From an uncultured Eubacteriales bacterium (GTDB lineage: Bacteria > Bacillota > Sulfobacillia > Fermentithermobacillales > Fermentithermobacillaceae): DNA of 48,467 nucleotides. Position numbers and translations under genes: made by a program. The stretch is taken from contig CAZXSP010000002.1 in the NCBI GenBank assembly GCA_964643285.1, forward strand, positions 1 through 48,467, read 5' to 3'. The notes beneath the pieces are model-generated. The model was given only the letters and a program-made list of their open reading frames with translations, searched no databases and was not told where the DNA came from. Positions 48,054-48,467 of this stretch are shown in pieces (within the stretch, counting starts at the first letter, position 1; each line of letters starts with the position of its first letter).

Positions 48054-48111
48054 AAGTGTTACAGATGACAGCGTAACATCTGAACGCAGTGAGGATGCAC
48101 GCGTTAACCTT

Positions 48112-48459
48112 GGGGGCGACCAGGTTCGACGTGGGTGGTCGGGTTTGAGCAGCGAGCATGGGTGCCGTGCCCATCAAAACGGCAAATCAATAAAAGCCAA
48201 TACTAATTACGCTCTAGCAGCCTAGTTAGGCTGCTACGGTGACGGAGGGAATTCTCTTCTACCTCCTGGTCACCGTCACTAGAAGAGATACTTGCCAAGA
48301 GGTTGTCTGGGATCTGGCGGGGAATGCAATTCCGGACTGGCAGATGACGAAGCCCGCTCCGGGGCGGCGCAATCTGCAAGAATAAATCCGGAGCTACGCT
48401 CGTAGAGACTGAAATCAGGTTGCTTGCGGACGAGGGTGCGATTCCCTCCGCCTCCACCA
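48112..48459 (+). ncRNA. ssrA: tmRNA (SsrA)
   Basis: 5' GGGGGCGACCAGGTTCGACG pairs with 3' ...GATTCCCTCCGCCTCCACCA (tRNA-Ala-like acceptor with G3-U). The tag ORF GCC AAT ACT AAT TAC GCT CTA GCA GCC TAG (48196..48225) encodes ANTNYALAA. Confidence 0.95.
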
Positions 48460-48467
48460 ATAATTTT

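Noticed and set aside
48203-48460. 85-aa minus-strand ORF at the right edge
   Set aside because: It lies entirely within the tmRNA gene on the opposite strand.

Overview
This 48.5 kb window comes from a spore-forming Firmicute (Clostridia-like) chromosome. Almost everything from about 2.9 kb to 47.2 kb is on the + strand. The order follows the Bacillus 'yqe-yqf' macro-synteny: spoIIP, hrcA operon, rsmE, mtaB, rpsU, yqfC, yqfD, phoH, pgpH, ybeY, dgkA, recO, glyQS, ppdK, dgt, dnaG, sigA. A glycolytic operon (gap-pgk-tpiA-gpmI-eno) follows, then secG, a membrane pyrophosphatase, smpB and tmRNA. The left edge carries a minus-strand tRNA operon (Asn, CAU, Glu) and a T-box-controlled valS that is missing from the ORF track because it runs off the window. 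Five observations stand out. (1) The CIRCE/HrcA heat-shock operon reads hrcA, thermosome-like (group II/III) chaperonin, dnaJ, with no grpE-dnaK. (2) An accessory block lies between ppdK and dgt (about 25.6-32.0 kb). It holds an MqsR-like toxin followed by a composite antitoxin (MqsA-type zinc ribbon + HTH fused to a DUF4065/Panacea domain). Upstream of this pair are four palindromic sites phased exactly 32 bp apart. (3) dnaG is split by a frame change inside the TOPRIM domain. (4) The valS T-box (GUC specifier) has a U-poor terminator and a duplicated GGUGGUAC element, which suggests SD sequestration. (5) glyQS has no T-box leader. No CRISPR array, integrase or transposase was seen.
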